DNA of 32,000 nucleotides. Source: Halorhodospira halophila SL1. GTDB lineage: Bacteria > Pseudomonadota > Gammaproteobacteria > Nitrococcales > Halorhodospiraceae. The translations under genes and the position numbers were made by a program. A model generated the notes under the pieces. That model made no database searches. It was not told the origin of the DNA and worked only from the letters and a program-made list of their open reading frames with translations. Positions 18,325 through 28,291 of this stretch are shown here, piece by piece (position 1 is the first letter of the stretch; every line of letters begins with the position of its first letter). The stretch lies in assembly GCF_000015585.1 (NCBI RefSeq), contig NC_008789.1, forward strand, positions 1,350,001 through 1,382,000, given 5' to 3'.

Positions 18325-18917
18325 CAACGCTCCTCCGTATCCGGTTCTTGCTGGGTTTTCGCCGCCTGTTCGATGCGCTGATCGATGGCGTAGATGCCGT
18401 CCGCGTTGCGGCCGAGGCCCCGACAGTCCATCCCGGCGCCGAAGACGTAGCGATCCTCCACTTCCAAGCCGACGTAATCGGCGCACAGCCCCTGATACTT
18501 GCGGTCGTGGCGCTTATCGACCAGCACGGCCGTGCGCACCGAACGGGCACCTGCGCTGCGGAAGGCGTCGATGATCCCGGCCAGGGTGTTGCCCTCATCG
18601 AGGATGTCATCGACCACCAGCAGGTCGCGCCCTTCGATCGGCGTCGTAGGCAGGGCGTGCCAGACCAGCTCCTCGCCGCTGAGCTCGTTGCGATACCGCG
18701 TGGCGTGGACGTAGTCCACCTCGAGCGGGAAATCGAGCCGCGGCAGCAACCGCCCGGCGGGGATCATGCCACCGATCATGACACCCAGGATCAGCGGGTT
18801 GCGGCCACCAAGGTCCTGCGTGATCTCCCTGGCCATCCGATCCAGGGCCTGATCGATGGCCCACTGGTCATGAATCAGTTCGGCCCCGCGCAGATCCGGG
18901 GCATCGTCCCAAGGCAT
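18324..18917 (-). CDS. hpt: Hypoxanthine-guanine phosphoribosyltransferase (type I PRTase)
   Basis: The 197-aa ORF has the PRPP-binding motif 'LLVVDDILDEGNTL' and a 6-oxopurine PRTase-like layout. Confidence 0.85.
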   Translation of the reverse strand: MPWDDAPDLRGAELIHDQWAIDQALDRMAREITQDLGGRNPLILGVMIGGMIPAGRLLPRLDFPLEVDYVHATRYRNELSGEELVWHALPTTPIEGRDLLVVDDILDEGNTLAGIIDAFRSAGARSVRTAVLVDKRHDRKYQGLCADYVGLEVEDRYVFGAGMDCRGLGRNADGIYAIDQRIEQAAKTQQEPDTEER

Positions 18918-18954
18918 TGCAGCCCTCCTGGTACTGTTCTCTGTTTCGGTGTCT

Positions 18955-19995
18955 TCACCCCGGCGCCCCGAACCCGGGAACGCCCTCGGTCAATTCGCAG
19001 ACCGCTGTCTGGTAGGCGCCGTCCGCCCGTAACTCGGGCCACCCGGGCGCCGGTCGGCCGTGCATGCGTACCAGACGCAGCGCCGACGTGGGATCCAGCC
19101 AGCGATCCCCGGACGCCTCGCCGAGCAGCGCCTCGGCCTCGGCCGGATCGCAGACCAGCGCCACATCGCAGCCCGCCCCCAGGCACGCATCCACCCGGTC
19201 GAACATGGTACCGGCGGTCTCCGCCCCGCGCATGCCGAGGTCATCACTGAAGACCGCACCGAGGAAGCCGACCCGGCGGCGCAGGATGTCACCGATCCAG
19301 CGTGGGGAGAAACCGGCCGGCCGGTCGTCGACATCGGGGACGACCAGGTGCGCAGCCATGACCCCTGGGAGTCCCGAGGCCGCCAAGCGCTGAAAGGGTA
19401 CCAGATCCCGACGCGCGATCTCTGCCAGTGAACGGTCATCGCAGGGCAAGGCCACGTGGCTGTCGGCCTCGACCGAACCGTGCCCCGGGAAGTGCTTGCC
19501 TACCGCCGCCATCCCCGCCTGACGCATGCCGCGCATCCAGGCGTGACCGAGCCGCGCCACCGCGGCCGGCTCACGGTGCAGGGCGCGAGAACCGATCACG
19601 TGGCTCACCCCCCCATCGAGATCCAAAACCGGCGCGAAACTCAGATCCACCCCGCAGGCGCGCAGTTCCGCGGCCATCACCCACCCCGCCCGGTGCGCAC
19701 TCTGCCGGGCCTGATCGGGATCGAGATCGTACAATCGACCGAACCAGGAAGCGGCGGGCAGCGGGGTGAAGCCCTCCCGAAAGCGCTGCACGCGGCCGCC
19801 CTCCTGATCGACAGCGACCAGCAGGGGCGGCTCACGCACGGCGTGAATGGACTGTGTCAGATCATGAAGCTGCTGCGTATTTTTAAAGTTACGCGTGAAG
19901 AGAACGACCCCACCGACGGCCGGATGCCGCAGGAGCTCTCGCGCCTGCGCTGGGAGTTCACCCCCCGCGATTCCAATCATGAGCGGGCCCAGCAT
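18955..19995 (-). CDS. nagZ: Beta-N-acetylhexosaminidase NagZ (GH3, peptidoglycan recycling)
   Basis: The 346-aa ORF carries 'GGVVLFTRNF', 'VDQEGGRVQRF' and 'KHFPGHGSVEADSH', the last being the GH3 NagZ catalytic Asp-His loop. Confidence 0.92.
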   Translation of the reverse strand: MLGPLMIGIAGGELPAQARELLRHPAVGGVVLFTRNFKNTQQLHDLTQSIHAVREPPLLVAVDQEGGRVQRFREGFTPLPAASWFGRLYDLDPDQARQSAHRAGWVMAAELRACGVDLSFAPVLDLDGGVSHVIGSRALHREPAAVARLGHAWMRGMRQAGMAAVGKHFPGHGSVEADSHVALPCDDRSLAEIARRDLVPFQRLAASGLPGVMAAHLVVPDVDDRPAGFSPRWIGDILRRRVGFLGAVFSDDLGMRGAETAGTMFDRVDACLGAGCDVALVCDPAEAEALLGEASGDRWLDPTSALRLVRMHGRPAPGWPELRADGAYQTAVCELTEGVPGFGAPG

Positions 19996-20020
19996 GGCGT
20001 GCTCCTCCCTGTCGCCCCGA

Positions 20021-20563
20021 TCACCCAGCCCTGGCCGGCACGGGCCGGGTCGGCCAGGGCGGACCGATCCAAACCGGGGTGCCTCCAGTCACCGCATCGA
20101 ACAGGTCGATCACGGCCGCGTTACGCATACGAACGCATCCGTGGGAGCACGGTACGCCAACAGGCTCGCTATCCGGGCACCCGTGGATGTAGATGAACCG
20201 TCTCATGGTATCCACTGCGCCAAGCCGATTCACCCCGCGCTCCAGGCCGGAGAGCCACAGGATGCGGCTCAGGATCCAGTCGCGCTCGGGGTGGTCGTGA
20301 TGCAGGGTCGGTGTCCACACCTCGCCGGTCCAGCGACGGCCCACGAAGACGGCACCGCTCGGGGCACCGGCACCGATCCGTGCCCGCACGCAGTGCCAGC
20401 CTCGCGGGGTGCCACCACTGCCATTGCGCTCACCGGCGCCTCGGGCGCCCGTGGCCACCGCATACACGCCAAGCGCCGTCTCTCCCTCGAGCAGAGTCAG
20501 CCGCTGCGCCAGCAGATCCACACTCAGCCAGCGGCTCGACGGGATGTTGCTCACTTCGCCCAT
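20021..20563 (-). CDS. YkuD-fold L,D-transpeptidase-family protein without a signal peptide (ElsL/LdtK-like cytoplasmic L,D-carboxypeptidase candidate)
   Basis: The C-terminus has the YkuD catalytic motif 'IHGCPD...PCSHGCVRM'. The N-terminus '[18 protein letters not shown]' has no hydrophobic signal or lipobox, and the ORF cannot be extended upstream. The gene is 25 nt upstream of nagZ. Confidence 0.8.
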   Translation of the reverse strand: MGEVSNIPSSRWLSVDLLAQRLTLLEGETALGVYAVATGARGAGERNGSGGTPRGWHCVRARIGAGAPSGAVFVGRRWTGEVWTPTLHHDHPERDWILSRILWLSGLERGVNRLGAVDTMRRFIYIHGCPDSEPVGVPCSHGCVRMRNAAVIDLFDAVTGGTPVWIGPPWPTRPVPARAG

Positions 20564-21024
20564 TGACTGAAGGGGTGCTGGATCAGGCAGACGTTGTAAT
20601 AGCGCGGGTCGTCCGAGACCTCCTCACCGATCCAGGGGGGGCGCTCGAACGCCTCCTCGGCATCGCTCAGCTCGATCTCGGCGACGACCAGCCCCTCGTT
20701 ATCGCCCTCGAAGACATCGACCTCCCAAGTATGCCCGGCCCACGGCACCTCGTAGCGCACCTTCTCGATCTGCGGTCGCTCGCAGAGTTCTGCAAGCATC
20801 TCTTCGGCATCCCGCAGCGGGATCGGATACTCGTACTCGCGGCGCTCCACCCCTAAGGTGGCGCTCTTGATGTTCAGCCACGCGTACTCGCCGGCCACCC
20901 GGACCCGAATCGAGGCGCGCTGGGCACCGACCAGATAACCCTGACGCATACGCTGCCCCGCGTCTGCGTATTCACGCCATTGATCGTTTACAAGCAGGAA
21001 CTTGCGCTCGATTTCTTGCGCCAC
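20551..21024 (-). CDS. CYTH-domain protein (triphosphate tunnel metalloenzyme; CyaB/ThTPase-like)
   Basis: The ORF has the 'EIERKFLL' ExExK signature near the N-terminus. I prefer the GTG at 21024 (GGAGGA 4 nt upstream, (M)AQEIERKF) over the TTG at 21066 in the ORF track. The 3' end overlaps the YkuD gene start by 13 nt. Confidence 0.8.
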   Translation of the reverse strand: MAQEIERKFLLVNDQWREYADAGQRMRQGYLVGAQRASIRVRVAGEYAWLNIKSATLGVERREYEYPIPLRDAEEMLAELCERPQIEKVRYEVPWAGHTWEVDVFEGDNEGLVVAEIELSDAEEAFERPPWIGEEVSDDPRYYNVCLIQHPFSQWAK

Positions 21025-21161
21025 TTCATCCTCCACTTGAAGCGTGTGACTGGCGCTACCATACAAGCCGCAGCCCGCGCCGTCACAGCAGAGCCCCCTC
21101 GCCCATACCGGCCCGAGCGATTACACTGTCCGCCCTTTCCGATACGGAGGGTGTGAACCTG

Positions 21162-21854
21162 ATGCCGAAACTCGTCTTACTGCGTCACGGTCAGAGCATC
21201 TGGAACCTGGAAAACCGGTTCACTGGCTGGTACGACGTCGACCTAAGCGACCAGGGGATCAACGAAGCCCGCGAGGCCGGTGTCGCCCTGCGCGAGGCGG
21301 GCATCGCTCCGCAGGTCGCCTACACGTCGGTGCTCAAGCGGGCCATTCGCACCCTCTGGCTGAGCCTCGCCGAACTCGACCGCATGTGGATCCCCGAGAT
21401 CAAGGACTGGCGGCTCAACGAGCGCCACTACGGCGCACTCACTGGCCTGAACAAGGCGGAGACGGCCGAGCAGTACGGCGACGAGCAGGTCCACATCTGG
21501 CGGCGCAGCTACGATACGCCGCCCCCGGCACTCGATGCCGAGGACGAGCGTCACCCGCGCCACGATCCGCGCTACGCCGGCCTAGACCCGCAACAGCTGC
21601 CAGGTACGGAATCGCTCAAGCTGACCCTGGAGCGCGTGCTGCCCTGCTGGGAGGGGGAAATCGCGCCGGCCCTCCGGCAGCACGACTGCGTGCTGATTGC
21701 CGCCCACGGCAACAGCCTGCGCGCGCTGGTCAAGCACCTCGACGGTCTGGCCGACGATGCCATCATGAAGGTGGAGATCCCCACCGGCCGCCCCCTGGTC
21801 TACGAACTGGCCGAGGACCTGAGCGTGCAGCGCAGCTACTACGTGCAGGACTGA
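21162..21854 (+). CDS. gpmA: 2,3-bisphosphoglycerate-dependent phosphoglycerate mutase
   Basis: The ORF has the catalytic His motif '[12 protein letters not shown]', 'RFTGW' and 'ERHYG'. I prefer the ATG at 21162 (GGAGG 11 nt upstream); the GTG at 21153 is too close to the SD. Confidence 0.92.
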   Translation: MPKLVLLRHGQSIWNLENRFTGWYDVDLSDQGINEAREAGVALREAGIAPQVAYTSVLKRAIRTLWLSLAELDRMWIPEIKDWRLNERHYGALTGLNKAETAEQYGDEQVHIWRRSYDTPPPALDAEDERHPRHDPRYAGLDPQQLPGTESLKLTLERVLPCWEGEIAPALRQHDCVLIAAHGNSLRALVKHLDGLADDAIMKVEIPTGRPLVYELAEDLSVQRSYYVQD

Positions 21855-21884
21855 GACCGCGGTCGCCGCGGAGGAGACGCACCG

Positions 21885-22400
21885 ATGTCCGATGAGTCCT
21901 CCCGGGATCGTGACCCCGCCTCGCCGCTTCCCCATCTGACCGGCAGCGGCGAGGCACACATCGTGGACGTCGGCGAGAAACCGGCCACCCGGCGGGTGGC
22001 CGTCGCCGAAGGCTGGATCCGGCTCTCGGAGGCAGCGTTCGCAGCGCTGCAGGCCGGGGAGCTGAAAAAGGGCGATGCCCTCGGGACCGCGCGTATAGCC
22101 GGGTTGATGGCGGCCAAAAGGACCGCCGACCTGGTGCCCCTCTGCCACCCCGTCGCACTGAGTCACGCCGAGGTGACCCTCACCCCGGAAACAGCCACCC
22201 ACCGTGTCGAGTGCCGTGTCCGGACCGAGACCACCGGCCCCACCGGTGTCGAGATGGAGGCCCTCACCGCGGTGCAGACCGCCCTGCTGACGGTCTACGA
22301 CATGTGCAAGGGGCTCGACCGAGGCATGGAGATCGGTGGCGTCCGCCTCGTCCACAAGCGGGGCGGACGCTCCGGGCACTGGGGTGACGATCCCGGCTAA
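21885..22400 (+). CDS. moaC: Cyclic pyranopterin monophosphate synthase MoaC
   Basis: The 171-aa ORF has 'HIVDVGEKPATRRVA', 'LCHP' and 'VYDMCK' MoaC motifs, with GGAGGAG upstream of the ATG. Confidence 0.9.
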   Translation: MSDESSRDRDPASPLPHLTGSGEAHIVDVGEKPATRRVAVAEGWIRLSEAAFAALQAGELKKGDALGTARIAGLMAAKRTADLVPLCHPVALSHAEVTLTPETATHRVECRVRTETTGPTGVEMEALTAVQTALLTVYDMCKGLDRGMEIGGVRLVHKRGGRSGHWGDDPG

Positions 22401-22726
22401 GCGCCGAGCGCGTCCACCTTGGCCGCCAGGATGAAGTCGTTCTCGTGCAGCCCCTCGATCTTGTGCGTCTGGATCCGCACCTCGGCGTAGCCGTATCCGA
22501 GGAGGATATCCGGGTGGTGGTCCTCCGCCTCGGCCACCTCGGTGACTCGGTTGACGAAAGACAGCGCATCGATGAAGTTACGGAATTTAAAGCGTCGATA
22601 GATCATGCGGGCGTCGGTGTCCAGCGACCACTCCGGCACCTGCACCAGCATCTGCTCGGCCTGCTGCCGATCCATGGGTGCCACACCACCCTGGCACGGC
22701 ACGCACGTCTTGTCGGTCAAACTCAT
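22397..22726 (-). CDS. phhB: 4a-hydroxytetrahydrobiopterin (pterin-4-alpha-carbinolamine) dehydratase
   Basis: 'FRNFIDALSFVNRVTEVAEAEDHHPDILLGYGYAEVRIQTHKIEGLHENDF' is the PCD/DCoH signature. I prefer the ATG at 22726 (GGAGG 8 nt upstream) over the GTG at 22741. The gene converges on moaC and overlaps it by 4 nt. Confidence 0.88.
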   Translation of the reverse strand: MSLTDKTCVPCQGGVAPMDRQQAEQMLVQVPEWSLDTDARMIYRRFKFRNFIDALSFVNRVTEVAEAEDHHPDILLGYGYAEVRIQTHKIEGLHENDFILAAKVDALGA

Positions 22727-22818
22727 GGCGCCAACCTCCACCGTCGTTGATCAGGCGTCCCCCCAGTCTAGGTGCATGACGGGCAGAGGAGACACCCAAA
22801 ACAGCCCGCGGGATTCAC

Positions 22819-24087
22819 TCAGGGGATGAGCAGCGCACGGAAGTCGTTGACATTGGTCAGAGTCGGCCCAGTATGAAGCAGCCCCCCCGCGGCCTTGAAC
22901 AGGCCGTAGCTGTCGTTGTCGGCCAGGTACGCCCACGGATCGAGTCCATGGGCGCGGGCGCGTGCCAGGCTTGCCGGGTCCACCACGGCGCCGGCGTTGT
23001 CCTCGCTGCCATCGATCCCGTCGGTATCCGCGCAAAGCAGGTGGAATCCCGGTATACCCTCGGCGGCCAGCGCGGCCGCCAGGGCCAGCTCGGTATTGCG
23101 ACCGCCGCGGCCTGAGCCGCGCACGGTCACTGAGGTCTCGCCACCGGAGAGCAGCACACAGGGGGGCGGTACCGGGGCGCCCCAGCGCCGGCAGGAACGC
23201 CCCATCCCGATGAGTACACGGGCCACTTCGCGGGCTTCGCCCTCAATGGTGTCGCCGAGCACCAAAGGCGTCATCCCCTCCGCCCGCGCCGCTTGTGCCG
23301 CCGCCTGAAGTGCCGCCTGCGCGCCAGCGACGACGTGGCAAGAGACCCGGCGCAGGCGCGGGTCATCGGGCCTCGGAGGCAACTGCGCCCGATCCAGCGC
23401 CTCTGCCACCGAGGTTCCGCAGGGCACCCCGTAGCGGTCCAGGAGCCGGCGCGCGTCCTCCGGCGTGGAGCTGTCCGGACTGGTGGGACCGGAGGCGATG
23501 GTCGCCGGATCGTCTCCGGGGACGTCGGAGATCAGCAGGGTCACCACCCGAGCCGGATGAGCGCGCAGGGCGAGCCGCCCGCCTTTAACCGTCGACAGGT
23601 GTCGACGCACCGTATTGATCGCGTCGATCGGCGCACCGCTGCGCAGCAACGCCCGCGTGGTCGCCTGTTTATCGGCCAGCGTCAGCGGCGGCGCGGGCGC
23701 CGTCAACAGCGCCGATCCGCCACCGGAGAGCAGCACCAGGACCAGATCGCGCTCCTCCAGTCCCTCCAGCTGTCCGAGCAGGCGCTGCGTGGCGGCCACG
23801 CCGGCCTCATCGGGGACGGGATGACCGGCTTCCCGGACCTCGATGCTGCGCGTGGGCGCCGCATGCCGGTACGGTACGATCACCGTCCCGCTCAGCGGGC
23901 CGGGCCAGTTCGCCTCGACGGCGGCAGCCATCGAGGCCGCCGCCTTGCCGGCCCCAACCACCACCGTCTTCCCCGCCCCGGGCTCGGGCAGCATCGGCGG
24001 CAGACATCGGGCCGGATCCACCGCCGTCAAAGCCGCCTGAAACCAGCGTTCAAGCCACTCCCGATGGTTCCGGCGCTCCGCGCCCAT
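22819..24087 (-). CDS. Glycerate 2-kinase / putative hydroxypyruvate reductase (DUF4147 + MOFRL, TtuD-like)
   Basis: The ORF has N-terminal 'VVGAGKAAASMA', central 'LLSGGGSALL' and C-terminal 'LLSGGETSVTV...GGRNTELAL...DTDGIDG'. I prefer the ATG at 24087 (GGAGG 5 nt upstream); the ATG at 24108 is an alternative. Confidence 0.85.
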   Translation of the reverse strand: MGAERRNHREWLERWFQAALTAVDPARCLPPMLPEPGAGKTVVVGAGKAAASMAAAVEANWPGPLSGTVIVPYRHAAPTRSIEVREAGHPVPDEAGVAATQRLLGQLEGLEERDLVLVLLSGGGSALLTAPAPPLTLADKQATTRALLRSGAPIDAINTVRRHLSTVKGGRLALRAHPARVVTLLISDVPGDDPATIASGPTSPDSSTPEDARRLLDRYGVPCGTSVAEALDRAQLPPRPDDPRLRRVSCHVVAGAQAALQAAAQAARAEGMTPLVLGDTIEGEAREVARVLIGMGRSCRRWGAPVPPPCVLLSGGETSVTVRGSGRGGRNTELALAAALAAEGIPGFHLLCADTDGIDGSEDNAGAVVDPASLARARAHGLDPWAYLADNDSYGLFKAAGGLLHTGPTLTNVNDFRALLIP

Positions 24088-24163
24088 GGCAACCTCCGCT
24101 TCCTGCATGCCCTACCCGCATCTTTGCACACCTGACCCGCTAATGCTCTAATGCAGTGCAAGA

Positions 24164-25966
<1,803 letters not shown>

Positions 25967-25991
25967 GCCCGGATTGGGCTTATGATCGTTT

Positions 25992-26020
25992 TTGACTATC
26001 GAACGGGTTGCATCTAAAGA
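25992..26020 (+). promoter_or_regulatory. Putative sigma70-type promoter inside the thiC-recD intergenic AT-rich island
   Basis: TTGACT (25992-25997), a 17-nt spacer and TAAAGA (26015-26020). The -10 element matches TATAAT at only 3 of 6 positions, so this is tentative. Confidence 0.3.
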
Positions 26021-26027
26021 TTAGACC

Positions 26028-26183
26028 TAAAGCGTTCGGTGGCTTAGATTGAAAACCGTGACGTTCGACGCATCGCCAACGGTTCTTTGAAACACCCGGC
26101 GGCCCGCCCCAGCCGCCAGCAAGCAAGCTTCCCGACTCCACATGACGATGACGTTCGGCCGCCCTCCGGGGCGGCCTTTTTTT
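26028..26183 (+). ncRNA. Candidate small RNA (about 155 nt) bounded by a promoter-like element and an intrinsic terminator
   Basis: No credible ORF is present: the only ATG-initiated frame has no SD and runs through the terminator. Internal helices are possible, AACCGT(26054-26059)/ACGGTT(26079-26084) and GGCGG(26099-26103)/CCGCC(26113-26117). The candidate ends at the terminator at 26157-26183. I do not recognise it as a known family. Confidence 0.3.
26157..26183 (+). terminator. Rho-independent terminator
   Basis: A perfect 8-bp GC stem GGCCGCCC/GGGCGGCC with a TCCG loop is followed by T7 (26177-26183). The orientation is plus, since the other side has no matching T-tract on the minus strand. 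Confidence 0.75.
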
Positions 26184-26248
26184 GCGCCCTCACCGCCTCG
26201 CGGCCCGCAGGATTCGAGCGCCTAAGGACCCGCCGCGGCAGCAGCCGC

Positions 26249-28291
26249 CTAGCCAGCAGCCTCGAGCATGGCCCGCAGGCCGCCACCACGAACGGTTCGC
26301 TGGCGCACCGCCGCCTTCAGCACGGCCGGTTGCGGCTCCAGCAGGGTGAACCACTGACTGGCCCGGGTGATGCCGGTGTAGAGGAGCTCACGGGTGAGCA
26401 CCGGACTGGGCCGATCCGGCAGCAATAAGGCTGCGTGGCGAAACTCCGAACCCTGGGCCTTGTGCACCGTCAAGGCGAATGCCGTCTCCACGGACTCCAG
26501 CCGATGGGGCGGGACCCAGCGGATGCGTCCGCTGCCATCGGCGGCGCGGAAGGCGACACGCAGCACCTTCTGTCGCTCCTCCCCGGCACCCCCCGCCTCC
26601 GGGCTCTGCACCAGGAAGCGCGGGACGCGCAGGGCGATGCCGATATCCCCGTTGATCAGCCCCAGGCCGTAATCGTTGCGCGTGACGATCACCGGTCGGC
26701 CCTCGTACCAGGCCCCCTCACCTCGGATCAGCCCCCGCTGGCGCAGCGCCGCGGCAAGGCGCTCATTGAGGGCCTCGACCCCGTACGGTCCGCGCCGCAG
26801 CGCCGCCAGCAATTGGAACGCCCCGTGCGTCTCCAGCACCTGCGAGGCCCAGCCGGCGTACTCCCCAGCGGAGGCATCCGGGCCCGGTCGCAGTTCCTGG
26901 ATGTCGCTCAGATAAGCGGCGTAGCCCAGGCCGGTCTGCCCGCCGTCCACCGCCCAGTGGATCAGCGTCGGGTCTTGCTCTCCGTCGGCAAGCTGCACCC
27001 GCGCCAGATCGCCCTCGTGCCCATACCCCCAAGCCTCGACCGCCGCCTGATCACCGGCATTCACCGCCCGAGCCAAGCGCCCGATCCCGCTGTCGGCACC
27101 GAACCGGTGGCTGTGCCGAAGCATGACGACATGCTGGTCGAGACCACCGCCGGTGGGATCGATCAGCGCCGACGGGATGCACTGGCCGCTGACCGCCTCT
27201 AGCCACTCGGCGGTATCGGGCCAATAACCGCCCTGATCTGCCCGGGCGCAGAGCTCGCCAAGGATGGCCCCGGCCTCCACCGAGGCCAACTGGTCCTTGT
27301 CACCAAGCAGCACCAGACGGCCCCCATCCGGCAGGGCCTCCAGCAACGCCGCCATCAACTCCACGTCGATCATCGACGCTTCATCCACGACCACCACATC
27401 CGCGGCCAGGGGTTCCCCGGCGTGGTGGCGAAAGCGCCGTCCACCGCCTGCGCCCAGCAGCCGGTGCACTGTCACCACCTCGGTGGGTATCCGCGCGCGC
27501 AGCTCGGCGCCGCCGTCCAGCTCCTCCAGCCCCAGCCGATCCACCGCCCCGGCGATGCTCGCGTTCAGCCGTGCCGCCGCCTTGCCGGTGGGGGCCGTCA
27601 GGCGGATGCGCAGGGCCCCGCCGTGGAGCCCCTGCAGCAACGCCAGCAGACGCAACACCGTCGTAGTCTTGCCGGTACCCGGTCCGCCGGTGATAACACT
27701 GAAACCACTGCCGGCGGCCACGGCACAGGCGACCCGCTGCCAATCCGGGCCATCGCCCCCAGGCGCGCCGAACAACCCATCCAGCCAGCGCCGGACCGTG
27801 GCCGGGTCGAGCTGCGCGCGCCACTGCGCCGCTGCATCCACGCGCTGCTGCACCACCCGTGCGATGGTGCGCTCGCAGGCCCAGTAGCGGCGCAGATAGA
27901 GCCTCGGTCCGTCGCGGACCAGCGGTGTGGAACCGGGGCCTCTGCCCACCAGTTCCGGGCACTCCAATTGCCGCTCGAACGCATCGCGACCGCCGGCGGC
28001 GTCCAGGAGTGCCGCGGGCGATTTCACCGGCTCGGGCGCGTCAACGGTCTCCGGCGGAAGGCTCAGGACCGGCTCGGCCCGTTCCCAGAGCTGATCGAGA
28101 TCCAGGCAGACATGCCCACGGCCCGCCTGATGACTGGTCAGCGCTGCGGCCAGCAACAGCAGCGGCGGCGCATCGGGCACCTGCTCACGCAGGAACTCCG
28201 CCAGGGCCCCATCCAACGGGCGCAGCCAGCCCAGCGCCTCGGCCTCACGCAGCCACCTGAGGATCGCCTCCTGATCGACCCGCACGCTCAC
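26249..28291 (-). CDS. recD: Exodeoxyribonuclease V alpha subunit RecD
   Basis: The ORF has SF1 helicase Walker A 'ITGGPGTGKTTTV', 'VVVDEASMID' and C-terminal 'ALTVHKAQGSEF'. I prefer the GTG at 28291 (AGGAG 8 nt upstream), which forms a GTGA overlap with the recB stop and gives an N-terminus collinear with E. coli RecD as I recall it. The GTG at 28333 is an alternative. Confidence 0.9.
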   Translation of the reverse strand: MSVRVDQEAILRWLREAEALGWLRPLDGALAEFLREQVPDAPPLLLLAAALTSHQAGRGHVCLDLDQLWERAEPVLSLPPETVDAPEPVKSPAALLDAAGGRDAFERQLECPELVGRGPGSTPLVRDGPRLYLRRYWACERTIARVVQQRVDAAAQWRAQLDPATVRRWLDGLFGAPGGDGPDWQRVACAVAAGSGFSVITGGPGTGKTTTVLRLLALLQGLHGGALRIRLTAPTGKAAARLNASIAGAVDRLGLEELDGGAELRARIPTEVVTVHRLLGAGGGRRFRHHAGEPLAADVVVVDEASMIDVELMAALLEALPDGGRLVLLGDKDQLASVEAGAILGELCARADQGGYWPDTAEWLEAVSGQCIPSALIDPTGGGLDQHVVMLRHSHRFGADSGIGRLARAVNAGDQAAVEAWGYGHEGDLARVQLADGEQDPTLIHWAVDGGQTGLGYAAYLSDIQELRPGPDASAGEYAGWASQVLETHGAFQLLAALRRGPYGVEALNERLAAALRQRGLIRGEGAWYEGRPVIVTRNDYGLGLINGDIGIALRVPRFLVQSPEAGGAGEERQKVLRVAFRAADGSGRIRWVPPHRLESVETAFALTVHKAQGSEFRHAALLLPDRPSPVLTRELLYTGITRASQWFTLLEPQPAVLKAAVRQRTVRGGGLRAMLEAAG

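Noticed and set aside
18325-18486. N-terminal extensions of the MTA/MTI phosphorylase (to 18486), kdsB (to 1340), mfd (from 13202) and aguA (from 10777)
   Set aside because: Each extension overlaps the neighbouring gene or a promoter-like element. Each also lacks homology to its family N-terminus. Internal starts give canonical lengths and stop/start coupling.
26087-26428. 113-aa plus-strand ORF spanning the intergenic island and the recD 3' end, and the 81-aa minus-strand ORF at 26044-26289
   Set aside because: The plus-strand ORF starts at a TTG without an SD, reads straight through the intrinsic terminator stem and T-tract, and then runs antisense into recD. The minus-strand ORF overlaps the recD 3' end and has no SD. 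Neither looks like a real protein.
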